Below are positions 1-12,900 of a stretch of 64,000 nucleotides of DNA, piece by piece (the first letter of the stretch is position 1; every line of letters starts with the position of its first letter). Position numbers and translations under genes: made by a program. The DNA is from Heterodontus francisci. Taxonomy: Eukaryota. Below the pieces are notes generated by a model. That model did no database searches, was not told where the DNA came from, and saw only the letters and a list, made by a program, of their open reading frames with translations. The stretch covers positions 53,857,378-53,921,377 of the forward strand of contig NC_090383.1 in the NCBI RefSeq assembly GCF_036365525.1, given 5' to 3'.

Positions 1-437
1 TTCCAATGACTGCCCTCGGTGACAATGTTGGGATGGATGAGCTGCTGGCCCTTTAATTGGCTGGCAGCTCTTGGAGGCGGGATCCCTATTCAGAAATGGA
101 CAGGGATTCTGACGCTGGGCAGTTAATTGCCGGGGGTCCACCAAAGGGCCGAGGCAGAATTTCCTCGCCTTTTGGGCCTGTTGTCGGGACCCCTGCGGCT
201 GCAAAAATACAGCCGAGGGAGTTAAGACTAAAGTGTAGTCTTCCTGTGAATCAAGGTTTGAGTGAGGGCAAGGGCAAAGTGGAGCAGACCACACAGGTGT
301 AATTCAATCCCCAGTTTAAAGTCATTATGCTGTAGTGCTTTCACTGGCAGGATGCCATTACATCCTCACAACTCTACATGGGTAGTTTCCATTCTAACTT
401 TGGAAATTGGAACTAATAATGAATAAAATACCAGGAA

Positions 438-3400
438 GAGCTGGATTTTATCCAGCCAGCAAGAGCAGGAGCAGCGGCACAGGGCCAAAAAACTAGGGCG
501 GACACGTTCGCTCAGAAACCCAACCTCATGACATGGGTTGCGGATTTTTTCAGTGGTGGGAAATTTTAAACGTGGCGCTGTTGCCCCAATGGGGCAGGAC
601 TGCAATTTAAATTGGTGAACAGCTAGTTAGAATGCATTTGCACTGAAGTGAATACAATTTTATGGAGGGCTTTAAATTTAGTTAACAGCGCATTGGACCA
701 TGTGCCTTCATCTCTGCCGGTTTAAAGGTGGTGGCACCAAGGCAAGGCCTTTTAACATCACGGGAAGGCAGCCATGGGGAGCAGTGGATAAGGGAAGATG
801 GGGAGCGAAGGCCATTGTAGTCCTGTGGTACTAGACACATTGCAAGGGTGGCTTCGGTGTCGGGTTCAAGGGTCGGGTGGGCTCACTGTCAGGTACTGGG
901 CTCTCTGGAAGGGTGGGCATGGAGAGGCAGCAGCGCATATTAAGAGGGGACTAGCAATGGGAATGTGCCAAGGCAAGTTCATCTTCGCAAGGATAGTGCT
1001 TGTGTGGGGTAAACATCAGCTGGCATGGGTCTTACACACGCAGTCTTTGTGGACTCCCATATCGCACAGCAGCAGCTCAGAGGGAGAGAGGGCACGGAAC
1101 CAGCTGGGCCCAACCGTAAATCCCCAATAGGAGATTGGCAGCAGCAGGCCACACAAGAAGGGCTTACATGCGCCAGAGAGTGTACCGGACTCAGCTCAGC
1201 TAACTCCCAATGTCCGAGCAGCAGTGTCAGCGAAAACTGTGGCTCTCCAGGGAGGCCTTCACTGTCTTATGCGCCATGCTGCAGGACAAGATGTGACCTA
1301 TGGGCTTCAGTGGACACCCAATGCCCATGAGTCTGAAGATCACCAGGGCAGGTCAGCTTGTACACATCTGGCTTTTTCCAGGGATTCACTAGGGACATGT
1401 GTGGGCTCTTTCAGGCAGCAGCCCACTGCTGCATCAAGGAGATGACCAATGCCACGTTCAAGAAAACCGGTGACTATGTGTGGTAGGGGACCAACCCCGA
1501 CAGTCAACCTGATGAAGCTACAACACAGGACAGCTTGCGTGCCAAACAGCATAAGCAGCATGCGAAAGACAGAGCTAAGCGATCCCGCAACCAACGGATC
1601 AGATCTAAGCTCGACAGTCCTGCAATATCCAGTTGTGAATGGTGGTGGACAATTTAAAAACTAACTGGAGGAGGTGGCTCCACAAATATCCCCATCCTCA
1701 ATGATGGGGGAGCCCAGCACATCAGTGCAAAAGATAAGCTGAAGCATTAGCAACAATCTTCAGCCAGAAGTGCCGATCCATCTCGGCCTCCTCCTGAAGC
1801 CCCAGCATCACAGATGCCAGTCTTCAGCCAATTCGATTCACTCCACATGATATCAAGAAATGACAGAAGACACTGGATACTGCAAAGGCTATGGGCCCTG
1901 ACAACATTCCGGCAATAGTACTTAAGACCTGTCCTCCAGGACTTGCTGCACCCCGAGCCAAGCTGTTCCAGTACAGCTACAACACTGGCATCTACCCAGC
2001 AATGTGGAAAACTGCTCAGGTATGTCCTTTACACAAAAAGCAGGACAAGTCCAACTCGGCCAATTACTACCCCATCAGTCTACTCTCAATCATCAGTAAA
2101 GCGATGGAAGGTGTCGTCGATGGTGCCATCAAGCGGCACTTGCTTAACAATAACCTGCTCACTGACACTCAGCTTGGGTTCTGCCAGAGCCACTCAACTC
2201 CTGACCTCATCACAGCCTTGGTTCAAACATGGATAAAAGAGCTGAACTCAAGAGGTGAGGTGAGAGTAACTGCCCTTGACATTAAGGCAGCATTTGACCA
2301 AATATGGCATCAAGGAGCCCTAGCAAAACTGGAGTCAATGGGAATCAGGGGAAAACTCTTTGCTAGTTGGAGTCATACCTAGCGCAAAGGAAGATGGTTG
2401 TGGTTGTTGGAGGTCAATCATCTGAGCTCCAGGACATCACTGCAGGAGTTCCTCAGGGTAGTGTCCTCGGCCCAACCATCTTCAGCTGCTTCATCAATGA
2501 CCCTCCTTCAATCATGAGGTCAGAAGTGGGGATGTTCGTTGATGATTGCTCAATGTTCAGCTCCATGTCTTTGCAAGGACTTCGCAGATATTGAAGCAGT
2601 CAGTAGAAATGCAGCAAGATCTGGACAAAATCCAGGCTTGGTCTAATAAGTGGCAAGTAACATTCACGCCACACATGTACCAGGCAATGACCATCTCCAA
2701 CAAGAGAGAATCTAACCATCTCCCCTTGACATTCAATGGCATTACCATTGCTGAATCCCCCACTATCAACATCCTAGGGGCTACCATTGACCAGAAACTG
2801 AACTGGAGTAGCCATATAAATACCGTGGCTCCAAGAGCAGGTCAGAGGCTAGGAATCCTGCGGTAAGTAACTCACTACTGACTCCCCAAAGCCTGTCCAC
2901 CATCTACAAGGCTGAAGTCAGGAGTGTGATGGAATACTCTCCACTTGCTTGGATGGGTACAGCTCTTACAACACTCAAGAAGCTCGACATCATACAGAAC
3001 AAAGCAGCTCACTTGACTGGCACCTCATCCACTATCATTCACTCCCTCTACCACCGACACAGTAACAGCAGTGTGTACCATCTACAAGATGCGCTGCAGC
3101 AACTCACCAAGGCTCCTGCAACCTCTACCACCTTGAAGGACAAGGTCAGCAAATGCATGGAGCACCACCACCTGCAAGTTCCCCTCCAAGCCACACACCA
3201 TCCGGACTTGGAACTATATCGCCGTTCCTTCAGTCACTCCCTTCCTAACAACGCTGTAGATGTACCTACCCTACATGGACTACAGTGATTCAAGAAGGCA
3301 GCTCACCACCACCTTCTCAAGGCAATTAGGGATAGGCAATAAATGCTGGCCTAGCCCACGACACCCACATCCCAGGAACGAATAAAAAAAGTCAGGCAGA

Positions 3401-6215
3401 GAGGGCCATCGACTTCAGCACCATCACTGGATTCCTCCAGGTGCAAGGTGGCATCAAGTTACGCTCGGAGCAGCCAGCGGCCTTCATCAACAGGAAGAGC
3501 TTCCATTCCATCAAATGTCCAACTGGTTTGTGGCCATCGAAAGTGTTTCCTGCAGGTGTATGCCTACTTCCCGGGAAGCAGCCATGACGCCGACATACTT
3601 GGACAGTCCCAGGTGCCACAGCTTTTCAGTCCCCCCACTTGTTGTCAGGGATGGATTCTCAGAGACAGGGGTTACCCATTGAAGACATGACTACTCACAG
3701 CTGTGAGAAGCCTTCATACTGCAGCAGAAGAGAGGTATAATACCTGCCACAGCTCCAACCAAGCAACCATCGAGCAGGCCATTGGGATACTGAAGATGAG
3801 ATTCCTGTGTCTCGATCAATCCGGCAGAGTGCTCTAGTTTGTCCCGGCAAGCATCTCGCGTATTGTGGTGGTCTGCTGTGCTCTGCATAATCTAGCACTG
3901 TAGAAGGGGGAGACCTTACATGACGAGGACATGACTGATCGCCACTCCTCATCTGATGAAGTGGATGTGGAGGAGGCTAATGAGCAGGCGCCATTGAATC
4001 TTGCTTCCCTTGCACCAGAGGCGAGGGCCATTGAGAGGCACGCAAGAATCTCACACATACCTGCTTGCTGCCACACAATGGCCTCTCAAAGCGAACTCAA
4101 TAAAGTTTCACCTCACTGCCTGTCACCTCTTCCCTATTGCACTTCGGTGTCTAGCAACCACACACTTTGGCACATCTGAGATGCTGACCAAACGTGGCCT
4201 GTATCTACACTGGCAGCCCATTGAGGGAGCAAAGGTAAGGTTGCATCTCACAATTCAGCTTTGAAAGCATGAGCTTTTTACAGCAATGCATCTGAAATCT
4301 ATTTATTACAACAATTGCAGAAACGATTGCAAAGGCTGCAGTTAATGCACCTGTGAAGCGCCAAGTGTGTCTCGATGCTCTTTTTACGTTTTTGTGTGCT
4401 TCTATACAGTGCAACCCCTGTGTTGGCAGCTGAGGCGGAGGAAGGCTGCTAATTGGGCTATTACTTGGCCTGAAATGACTTTGGCGGGTGTCCCTGGCTG
4501 GCTGAGGATTGCTGTACAAGTGCAGGAGCATCCTCAGTCATTGCGGCTACTGAAGCTGGGGTCACCTGCAGAGGGGCTGAGGAGCTGCTGTCCACACTCG
4601 GAGTGCCCTGAGGGGAGACATCAGATGTGCAGGTCAGCCTTTCAAGGCTCATTTGAACCTCCCAGATGACCGAGAAGGACAAGGACCTGCAGAAGACCCC
4701 AGGCATCTCGTCCTTCTCTCACCTCACCACTGCTGATTTGAGCTCATGGCCAAGGCAATGGTATGCAGGTCTATGCACATCTGTGGGATCTGGCTCTCCA
4801 TGAGGCTCACCAAACCTTCAATGGAGGAAGCCATGCGCTCACATGCCTGAGATATGGCAGCACTCATGGCATGGATGGACTCCTGCCTCGTTCACTGATG
4901 GCCACATGACCTTTGGCAGCTCTGCCAGATGTTGCCCTCTCTCTGTAATTCCAGAGTCTTCTATTTTGCCAACACCAGAGGTTCGTCATCAGCCTGGGCC
5001 TCAGCATAGGCCTAGCCACCCACAATCCTCTGACTGTCAGTGGGCTCAGCCTCCATCAACATCCTCGGCAGTGTGTGTGGTGCCCTGAGCAGCCTGTGAC
5101 TCTGAATCTAAGCCTGAACACATACCCACTTACGTGAAAGTATCTGTGATGGTGGAGGGTGCAGGGGAATGATGTGATGGTGCATCCTCTGACTGCTCCT
5201 CCTCCTCAGAGGTCGGTGACAGGCCACCTGGCCCAACGGCTGCACTTGTCTCTGAAGTGCCATGACCTGCATGACAGAACACAGACATTTGTGGGTTATG
5301 TTGTTCAGATCTCCTCATGCCAACCATGCGTGATGTAGATCTTCAGAAGTGTGGTGGAGGACACATTAACACAGAATCCCCTCACTCTCATGTGGACACT
5401 CCAGTATCACCATCTGCAATTGCACGGCCACCTGGGCTCCACGAGCTCCAGAGCCTCCTCCTCTACCAACGTCAGAGGATACACACCACCAGTCCTTGAT
5501 GTCTCCCTGGTGTTATGGGTCTGTTTCTCCTGCAAGAGGGAAGAGGGACATAGCTTGACTTCACACGAAGAACAGAACACTGATACTAGTGGCAGCCCCT
5601 CATTCCCTGATGGGATCTCCGACATGGCTCCTCCCCACATCCACTCTCAGGGAAGGAAATGGGTTGAGCTCTGGAAGAAGGCGGCCTTGTTGAGATGCAG
5701 TCATGCATCTGACAGGATGTGGTGATACCTCACCACTTGCTCCTGCCTTTGTGGTCGCTCCCTCCCCTAGTAGTGCTCCCTTCCATGTAGCCGCAAACAG
5801 GAGATGGGTATGGAGGACTCACCTTGACGAAGTGAAAGTGGTTACACATCCTGTTGCAGCACTGGAGCCAGTTCCTGGGATGACTCCATGGCTGCTGACC
5901 CCCTCTGCGATCACCGTCCAGGCTTGGTGATCAGGCACAAGGATCTCTTCATGTCATCCCTTGGAAAGAGGACCTCTCGCCTTTTCCTTGCAGCCTGCAG
6001 GAGAATTGCTTGCGATATCTCGTTAGACCGTGGGCCATCTGGTGGTTTGCCTCTGACATGGACCTAGCTCAATCCCGCAGTGTCTGGACAGTCTGTAGTC
6101 CTAGTGCAGGATAGCAGGGAGGTGCAACAGCAGCAGCAGTGGTAGAGGGGGGTCCAGGAATTACAGCAGCAGCAGCAGAAGCCAGGACACGCAGCAGACT
6201 GACAAAATTCAACCC
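438..6215. mobile_element. Decayed autonomous-type PIF/Harbinger DNA transposon (transposase on +, Myb/SANT-like gene on -)
   Basis: Termini gagctggatttt (438) and aaaattcaaccc (6215). HARBI1-like remnants at about 1250-1500 and 3391-3950 (NVQLVC..FPGSSHD..RDRGYPL..IEQAIGILKMRF..CCALHN). A Myb-like N-terminal remnant (LLQAARKRREVLFP) lies near 5960-6060 on the minus strand. Confidence 0.75.
1503..3390 (+). mobile_element. 5'-truncated CR1-group LINE (family 1) inserted in the Harbinger transposase
   Basis: RT motifs MGPDNIP..YYPISLLS..GVPQGSVLGP..FVDD; ends in aataaaaaaa; gtca at both junctions. Confidence 0.88.
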
Positions 6216-6729
6216 AAAATGTGCAAAAAGTAAGTTTTTTAATATAGTACTGACTTATGAAGGCCCAAAAATAACTTAATTGCTCAAAACAGGGAAAAGG
6301 GATATTTGGAGCACTATTAAATGAGCACAATAGTTTGGAACCAAGACTAGTAGATGGGAGTTAAGAAACAGATCAGCCATGATGTAATTGAATGCCAGGA
6401 CAGGCTCGAGGGGCTGAATGGCCTACTCCTGTTCCTATGTTCTTCAGTACTATGCATCACATTTTTATGTTATTTTCCACTTTTTCTTCTGACAACTTCA
6501 GATGTCAAAAGAATGCTTTGATGTTCACTATGTATCTTCAATATGGATACTAATGGTGATTAATAATGACATGCAGTATTAACTAAGAAATGAATATCAA
6601 CATTGAAAAGTAATCAATATTACAAAGTTCTGAAATGATCAATTTCAAAGGTTTGGGTTGATAAAGAGAGCTCCTGTAAAATATAAATGTTATTTCTAAA
6701 TCTAGAAGTGTAGTTAATGAAACACTCAC

Positions 6730-6909
6730 CGACGATGGACATTATTGTTGCAATCATTAGAAAGGCATAAAAGATGCTCAAAACTGCAGCAATATTGATC
6801 TGGGTATCTGATTTGACTTTGTAACAGATCAGTATGTAGATGGCAGGAGGAATGATGCCAAGGGCCAGAGCAACATTTCCATTCCATTTAAACACAAAGG
6901 TAAATGCTC
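6730..6909 (-). CDS. chs: CHS-A exon 12 (post-catalytic TM helices)
   Basis: GAFTFVFKWNGNVALALGIIPPAIYILICY...FLMIATIMSIV; cag| and |gtgagt boundaries; phase 1/1. Confidence 0.9.
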
Positions 6910-9900
6910 CTGTAAAAGTTAATGTTTCGTAAAAAATTATCTGCATTATATTAAAAACATATTATTAAGACGGGATAAAACAAAGAACAAATTTATCCAA
7001 TAAGCATTCTTATACCAGTCTTATGACTTTAGTATTAATCAATATTTGAAATATCATATTTGGAGACTTTCCTACTTTTCATTCACCAATGCCAAGCATA
7101 GTCTTTTCGAGATGTGTTAGACCAGTTAGGAATATCCTCAAAGTTACTCACCCTGGGACACCTTAACTTCACCGGAAACAAATTTTTCATTGCACCTCTG
7201 GCAAAATTAAGATGGCAAAGTGGGAGCAACTTGAAGGCAGTTTCTGGCCCATGATTCGATCACCACCCTTGCCTTTTCCACTTTTGCTGCTTGGTGTCCA
7301 TTTCCCACCACTGCCAACACCACCCCCCCCCCCCCCCCCCCCACCTCTCTGTGACACTCTGTGGGGTGTTTTTCTATATTAAAGCTATTGTATAGTGAAA
7401 TTTGTTACTGTTGTCGACTTGGTTCACTTTGCTGCAGTAATGTGTATCGGCTCTGACCTTCAGAGGGCACCCTCTCCCAGCAAACAACATTGATGGTTTG
7501 ACATGATACATGGTTTTGGTGTGAGTGAAATTCTTTACCAAGTGCTCGGTGGCCATTGACTGACTGCATGAAAATGTGTTTGGTAAACTTGTTGGGCTGA
7601 ATTCTGGTGGGCCGCACGCCAAAGAGACACTGCGATTCCAGGCCATTTTTAAAGGGCAGTCAGCCCTACCAGGACATTTAAATATTGAAAGTGAAACTGA
7701 TCTAAATTTAATAGACACATCTCATTTGACCCTCTCCCCCCACCATATAACAATTAAATTATTTATTTTCCCTTTCCCCACCATAACACTGACCTTTATT
7801 ATCTGACCTTCCCCCCCAACAACTGCACAAATGTTAAACTATCACCCTTCCCACCATCCCCTACATCCATGACATTAATTTGGCCCTGACCCCCACCTCC
7901 CACACTGAGGAACTGACCTCGTCCCCCCTCCCCACCAATGTTGCACCTCATTTCCCCAGACGGGGATCCGAAGACACAGCACTGCTGGCTGGCGGGATGA
8001 AGATCACAGCGGGACGTCATGAGGAGATGGGAGATTCATTAATGCAAGTATTTTAATTTATTTACATATTTAGATTGCCTTCCCTTTGCAGAAAGGCTGG
8101 GGGCCGCCACAAGGCCTCGCCCCACCAGCAATATCGGGCCGGGCCCTGCCGGTGTCGAGGTTTGTGGCAGGTCTCATCCGGGGCCATCTTCAGCACCGCC
8201 CCCAGCCATGGATCCCGACACTGAGTGCTCTATACCATCCAGCCCATTGTGTTTGTCTGGCAGTAATGAAAATCCATGATGATGACAGGTGCAAATGACA
8301 CCATTATGTGTTTCAGTCTGATGTATGACAATACACCACATAGTAAACTGGCAATCCTACATTCCCAGTTGGGAACCTTGCTTGACCGGAATGGAGGGCT
8401 GAGGAGTTGGTGCTGCAGGTTGGTAGGCAATTTACACTCCAATCAAGCAATATTTCTTGTTGGGAGCACAGGATTGCTGAATTTACCCTCATGTGTTTGT
8501 AAGCAAATCAGACAAGGTTTGCCAAATCATTTTTTTTTAAATGAAAACTGTGACCTTTGGTGTGATTCTGAATGTTGGACAGTTTGGGGTGTGTATCCCC
8601 ATGAGGCTGTATAGAAATAGCAGAAATCTCTAATGGTATCATTCATTTCTGCGACTGAACCCGAAGGCCGTCTGGCATCTAAGATACTATATTATTATTT
8701 TGACAGTTCCTGATGCAGCACATCAGTGGATGACTATGTATCGGCACAGCCTTCACTGATGCAGAAACTTGCACACTCACTATTTGGGGCAAAGAAAGCT
8801 TGTGTTGCTTCATTTGTGTGCAGCTAAATACGATCACTGATACATTTGTGGCACTGATACTATTTTAAGATAACATTGCAGAAATTTCACAATATGATAC
8901 AGAAAAGCACAGTAACCTGCTATCATCAAAACCACAGTGGCAGGGCCCAGAATTGATGCTGCTGTTCCAATAATCTGGAACAGAATGTAGAGTTTTGAAA
9001 TTGAGGGGTTCTTCCTGGACGTTTGTGCTCCACTGTTTAGAAGGTCGATTGTATTTGCCAAAGTCGATGCTCCCCAGCGGCGTCGTTGATTGTAGAATTC
9101 GTTGAACTCCTGTGGTGCGTTTGTGTAGGCATCTGAAGCTGCGTTGTATTCTACACGCCAGCCCTGCTGTAGTAATAATGTACACAGCCAACGGTCTTCT
9201 CCTGTTGGAATTGATTGGTGCATATTTCTGTAAAAGGTGCGTACTAGCCCATCATACTAAGACCAATCGTTTAAATCATTCAAAAATGTGAGATTCTCTT
9301 GATACAAAGAACATCCCTGCCTTCAGTAAAATATGCATCCTAGGTGATTCATATACTAAACAATTAGTGCATGGTTAAACTAATTGTACAATCACACATA
9401 TGGTATAATTGGTCCTTTTTGACTGATTGTTCCTGACTGTAGCTCATTATTACAAGGTGACAGTGAATGATGGCTATGGAAACTTGATGTCGTCGCCTCA
9501 GTAGTTCACTGATTATTTTTTCCAAATAAAGCTTTCCCTGTCCTACCGAGACATGTCCTCATACACATGAGGTAGAATTACCACATGGGCTTGCCCAATC
9601 TCCCACCATACATTTGATGGAAGAACGGCAAAACCTTCTTCAAAATAACAAACAGCCATTTACACTATTCCCTCCAATCGCCTGCCAGGGTTGTGGCGGG
9701 AGATCTGTGGAAATTCTAGCCCACTGTAGAAGTGAAAGTCAGCAGATTTCATACTTTAGTTTTACCTTGATCATATTGGACAAAATGTTGAGCTTCAGTT
9801 GCTTTGGTGGTGTATTTTTTCACAACATTATCATCCAATAGAGCTGCTGCCCTGAACAAACTGAAGCATCCTGGACTACACAGTACGCATCCCAACACAT

Positions 9901-12900
9901 GTTCAGCTGTCTTCTGCAGCCAGTGACCAATGGCGTATTCAAACTTCTGGTACCAGACCACAGGACCTTTGAGAGGAAGGAGGTTACAAAATGTACACTT
10001 TACAGTTCAGCCATATTTATAAAATTTGATGACTTGCCATAAGAAAATATGGAACAAAGACAGACATTTTGTTGATCAAGCCTGCGTGTTCCAAAATCAA
10101 CCTTACCATGGGACTGTACCCTGTCTGAGGAGAAACTCTGGGCCGGATTTTAAGCGTGGTAGCGGGCAAAAAAAATGGTGGCCTGCACGCCCGGGCTGCG
10201 TGTCAGTGATATCTTCTGTGCGGAAGCACATTTAAATATTCCAGTCGGTCCGCCCACCCCCCCCACCCCCCCCCCCAATCACATGGAGGGGGTGGGAACG
10301 CTGACGCCAGCAAAGGCATCAGCTGCCTGTGTGCAGGCACTGGTGCCATTTATAAAAAGCAGCCAGCCCTGTTGGCTAATTTAAATTTTTAAAGAGATAC
10401 CCCCAACCACCGCCCGCCCCCCAACCCCCGCCACAATGTACCGAGTAAAATTTTAATGCCCCTTTCCCACCCCCCAATAATAAAATTCAAGTATCTGCCT
10501 TCACCGCCCCCAAACACTTACCTTACAAATGAGACCTCCCTGCACCCTCCCCTGAATGTGCAAAGTTCACCCCTTCCTACCATCCCCTACACTGATGACG
10601 ATAATTTGACCCTGTCCCCACCCCCCACATTAAAAATCTTACGTTCTCCCCTTCCCCACTAGTATCGCGCCCGCTTTCCCCTGACGGGGAAGTGAAGGCA
10701 TGGGAGTGCTGGCCACCACTCTGAAGATCGTGGCAGGCCTGTAAGATGGCAGGTAATTATATTTTAATGTATTAATTTTATTCATTAACATATTTATATG
10801 CAAGTGTCGTCGCCCAGTGATGGTGGGGCTGCCATGGAGCCCTGCCACTGCCAGGATAATCGGTCCTGACCCTCCTGGAGTCAGGCTCCATGGCAGGTCA
10901 CTGTCGGAACAATCTTCCGGCCCCCCACCCCCTGTCACGGTGCCCAACTTCGGGGGCCCTGTAAAATCCAGCCCTCTCTGTCACTCTCTGATCCCTAAAG
11001 TTAGTCATGCATCATTGCATATCATCTATGGGTTTTGAATGACAGTCTCAGTGAGTATTCTTCAATCTGATTGGTTGAAGAGACTCACTTGCCCTGCTCA
11101 CATATGCTGCAGATATCCTGTAGAGGTTGCCAGGCTGAAAATGCTCTCTAAATACTGTAAATTGCTGCTCAAAAGCCCACAGAAAGCTGGACGGCTGTAA
11201 ATATAATAAATGGCGATTGCCATTCCTTCATCACTGCCTGAGAAATTCGGACCATTGGCATTTTTAAAACATTCACAATAACAAAAACCTTTCTTTTATT
11301 TGGATCAAATGCTTGCCCAATTATCGTAATCAAAATGTTAAAATAAAAAGGAAAACCATCTTCAGCTGCTTCATCAATGACCTTCCTTCAATCATAAAGT
11401 CAGAAGTGGGGATTGTTTGCTGATGATTGCACAATGTTCAGCACCATTCGTCACTCCTCAGATACTGAAGCAGTCTGTGTAGAAATGCAGCAAGACCTGG
11501 ACAATATCCAGGCTTGGGCTGATAAGTGGCAAGTAACATTCATGCCACACAAGTGCCAGGCTATGACCATCTCCAACAAGAGAGAATCTAACCATCTCAC
11601 CATGACATTCAATGCATTACCATCACTGAATCCCCCACTATCAACATCCTAGGGGTTACCATTGACCAGAAACTGAACTGGGATAGCCATATAAATACCG
11701 TGGCTACAAGAGCAGGTCAGAGGCTAGGAATCCTGCTGCAAGTAACTCACCTCCTGACTCTCCAAAGCCTGTCCACCACCTACAATGCACCAGTCAGGAG
11801 TGTGATGGAATACTCTCCACTTGCCTGGATGGGTGCAGCTCCAACAATACTCAAGAAGCTCAACACCAGCCAGGACAAAGCAGCCTGCTTGATTGGGTCC
11901 CCCTCCACAAACATTCACTCCCTCCACCACTGCCCCCAAACCCCCTCCGGTTAAATCTGAAATCAGCATGTTCATGGTAGGTGAGGTTAGGTTTCCCATT
12001 TAAATCTCACCCCAGCCACTCTCTAGGCCATCCTGACAGGTTAATTTCCCTGCCTACGTACTCATCTGCCTCCAAGTTTGCAGTAGCTGAATTTATTGTG
12101 CAATTAATTATATACAAGTAAAAAAAAATGACAGGATTTAAATGCTCTGATTTTAAACAATTTCCAGTCTTTCTCCAAAAATATTTTTTTTAAATGAATA
12201 AACACAAAAAGTAGATACTCGAAAAATAATAACCTGTAATGGAACTTAGAATTACAGAATCTTTTAGCTGATGTTTTTATTCATTTACTGCCCTATGTTG
12301 TATAGATGGAGATAACTGGTGAGTTGTTTTAATTCACAGTTTTAATATTTTACTTAAACTGCAAATGACAGTGGCAGCACCAGTTTCTTCATCTCACGAA
12401 CACATTGATATTAATGGTATGTAGCAATTTAAGATCCTGTCTTGTTTTTTTTGTGCTATGTATACTGCGAAATGAAGATACGTAAATAAATAGCTAGAGA
12501 GCTAAAGATAACTTCATACCAGTTCCAGTTGGATGTATTCTACCACATGCAGCCCCGACATGTGGATATCTTCTAAGCCTGTCAACTAACAAGATCACAG
12601 CTGAGGGTTGGAAGTCAGTGTCCCCATCCAAAGCCAGAATGTAAGTGTTTTCCTTCTCAGTCTTTCAAACAAAATAAAAACATAAAAAGTGAGATCTATA
12701 ATGCTCTTGAATAGAAAAGTCAGAAACTTACTGTGCATGATGGAAGCATGTATAACATTCCTATTTACTAGAGACATAAAGGCCCTGATATTGACAGGAA
12801 CGGGTTTGGCATGCAGGGGACAGGAGGCAGAGTTTTGGACAGGATTCACGGAAACCTGTTTTTCTTTGACAGGATCCCCTCCCAGAAGTCAGCCTGAACA

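Noticed and set aside
366-605. Minus-strand ORF as the next CHS-A exon
   Set aside because: No CHS similarity (no HPQE or WGTRE region), and it overlaps a Harbinger TIR.
3391-3950. Host HARBI1 gene
   Set aside because: It has stops and frameshifts, is interrupted by a LINE, and lies within TIRs alongside a Myb partner gene.
6125-6200. CAG repeats as a polyglutamine coding tract
   Set aside because: Short and interrupted, and located in a transposon subterminal region.
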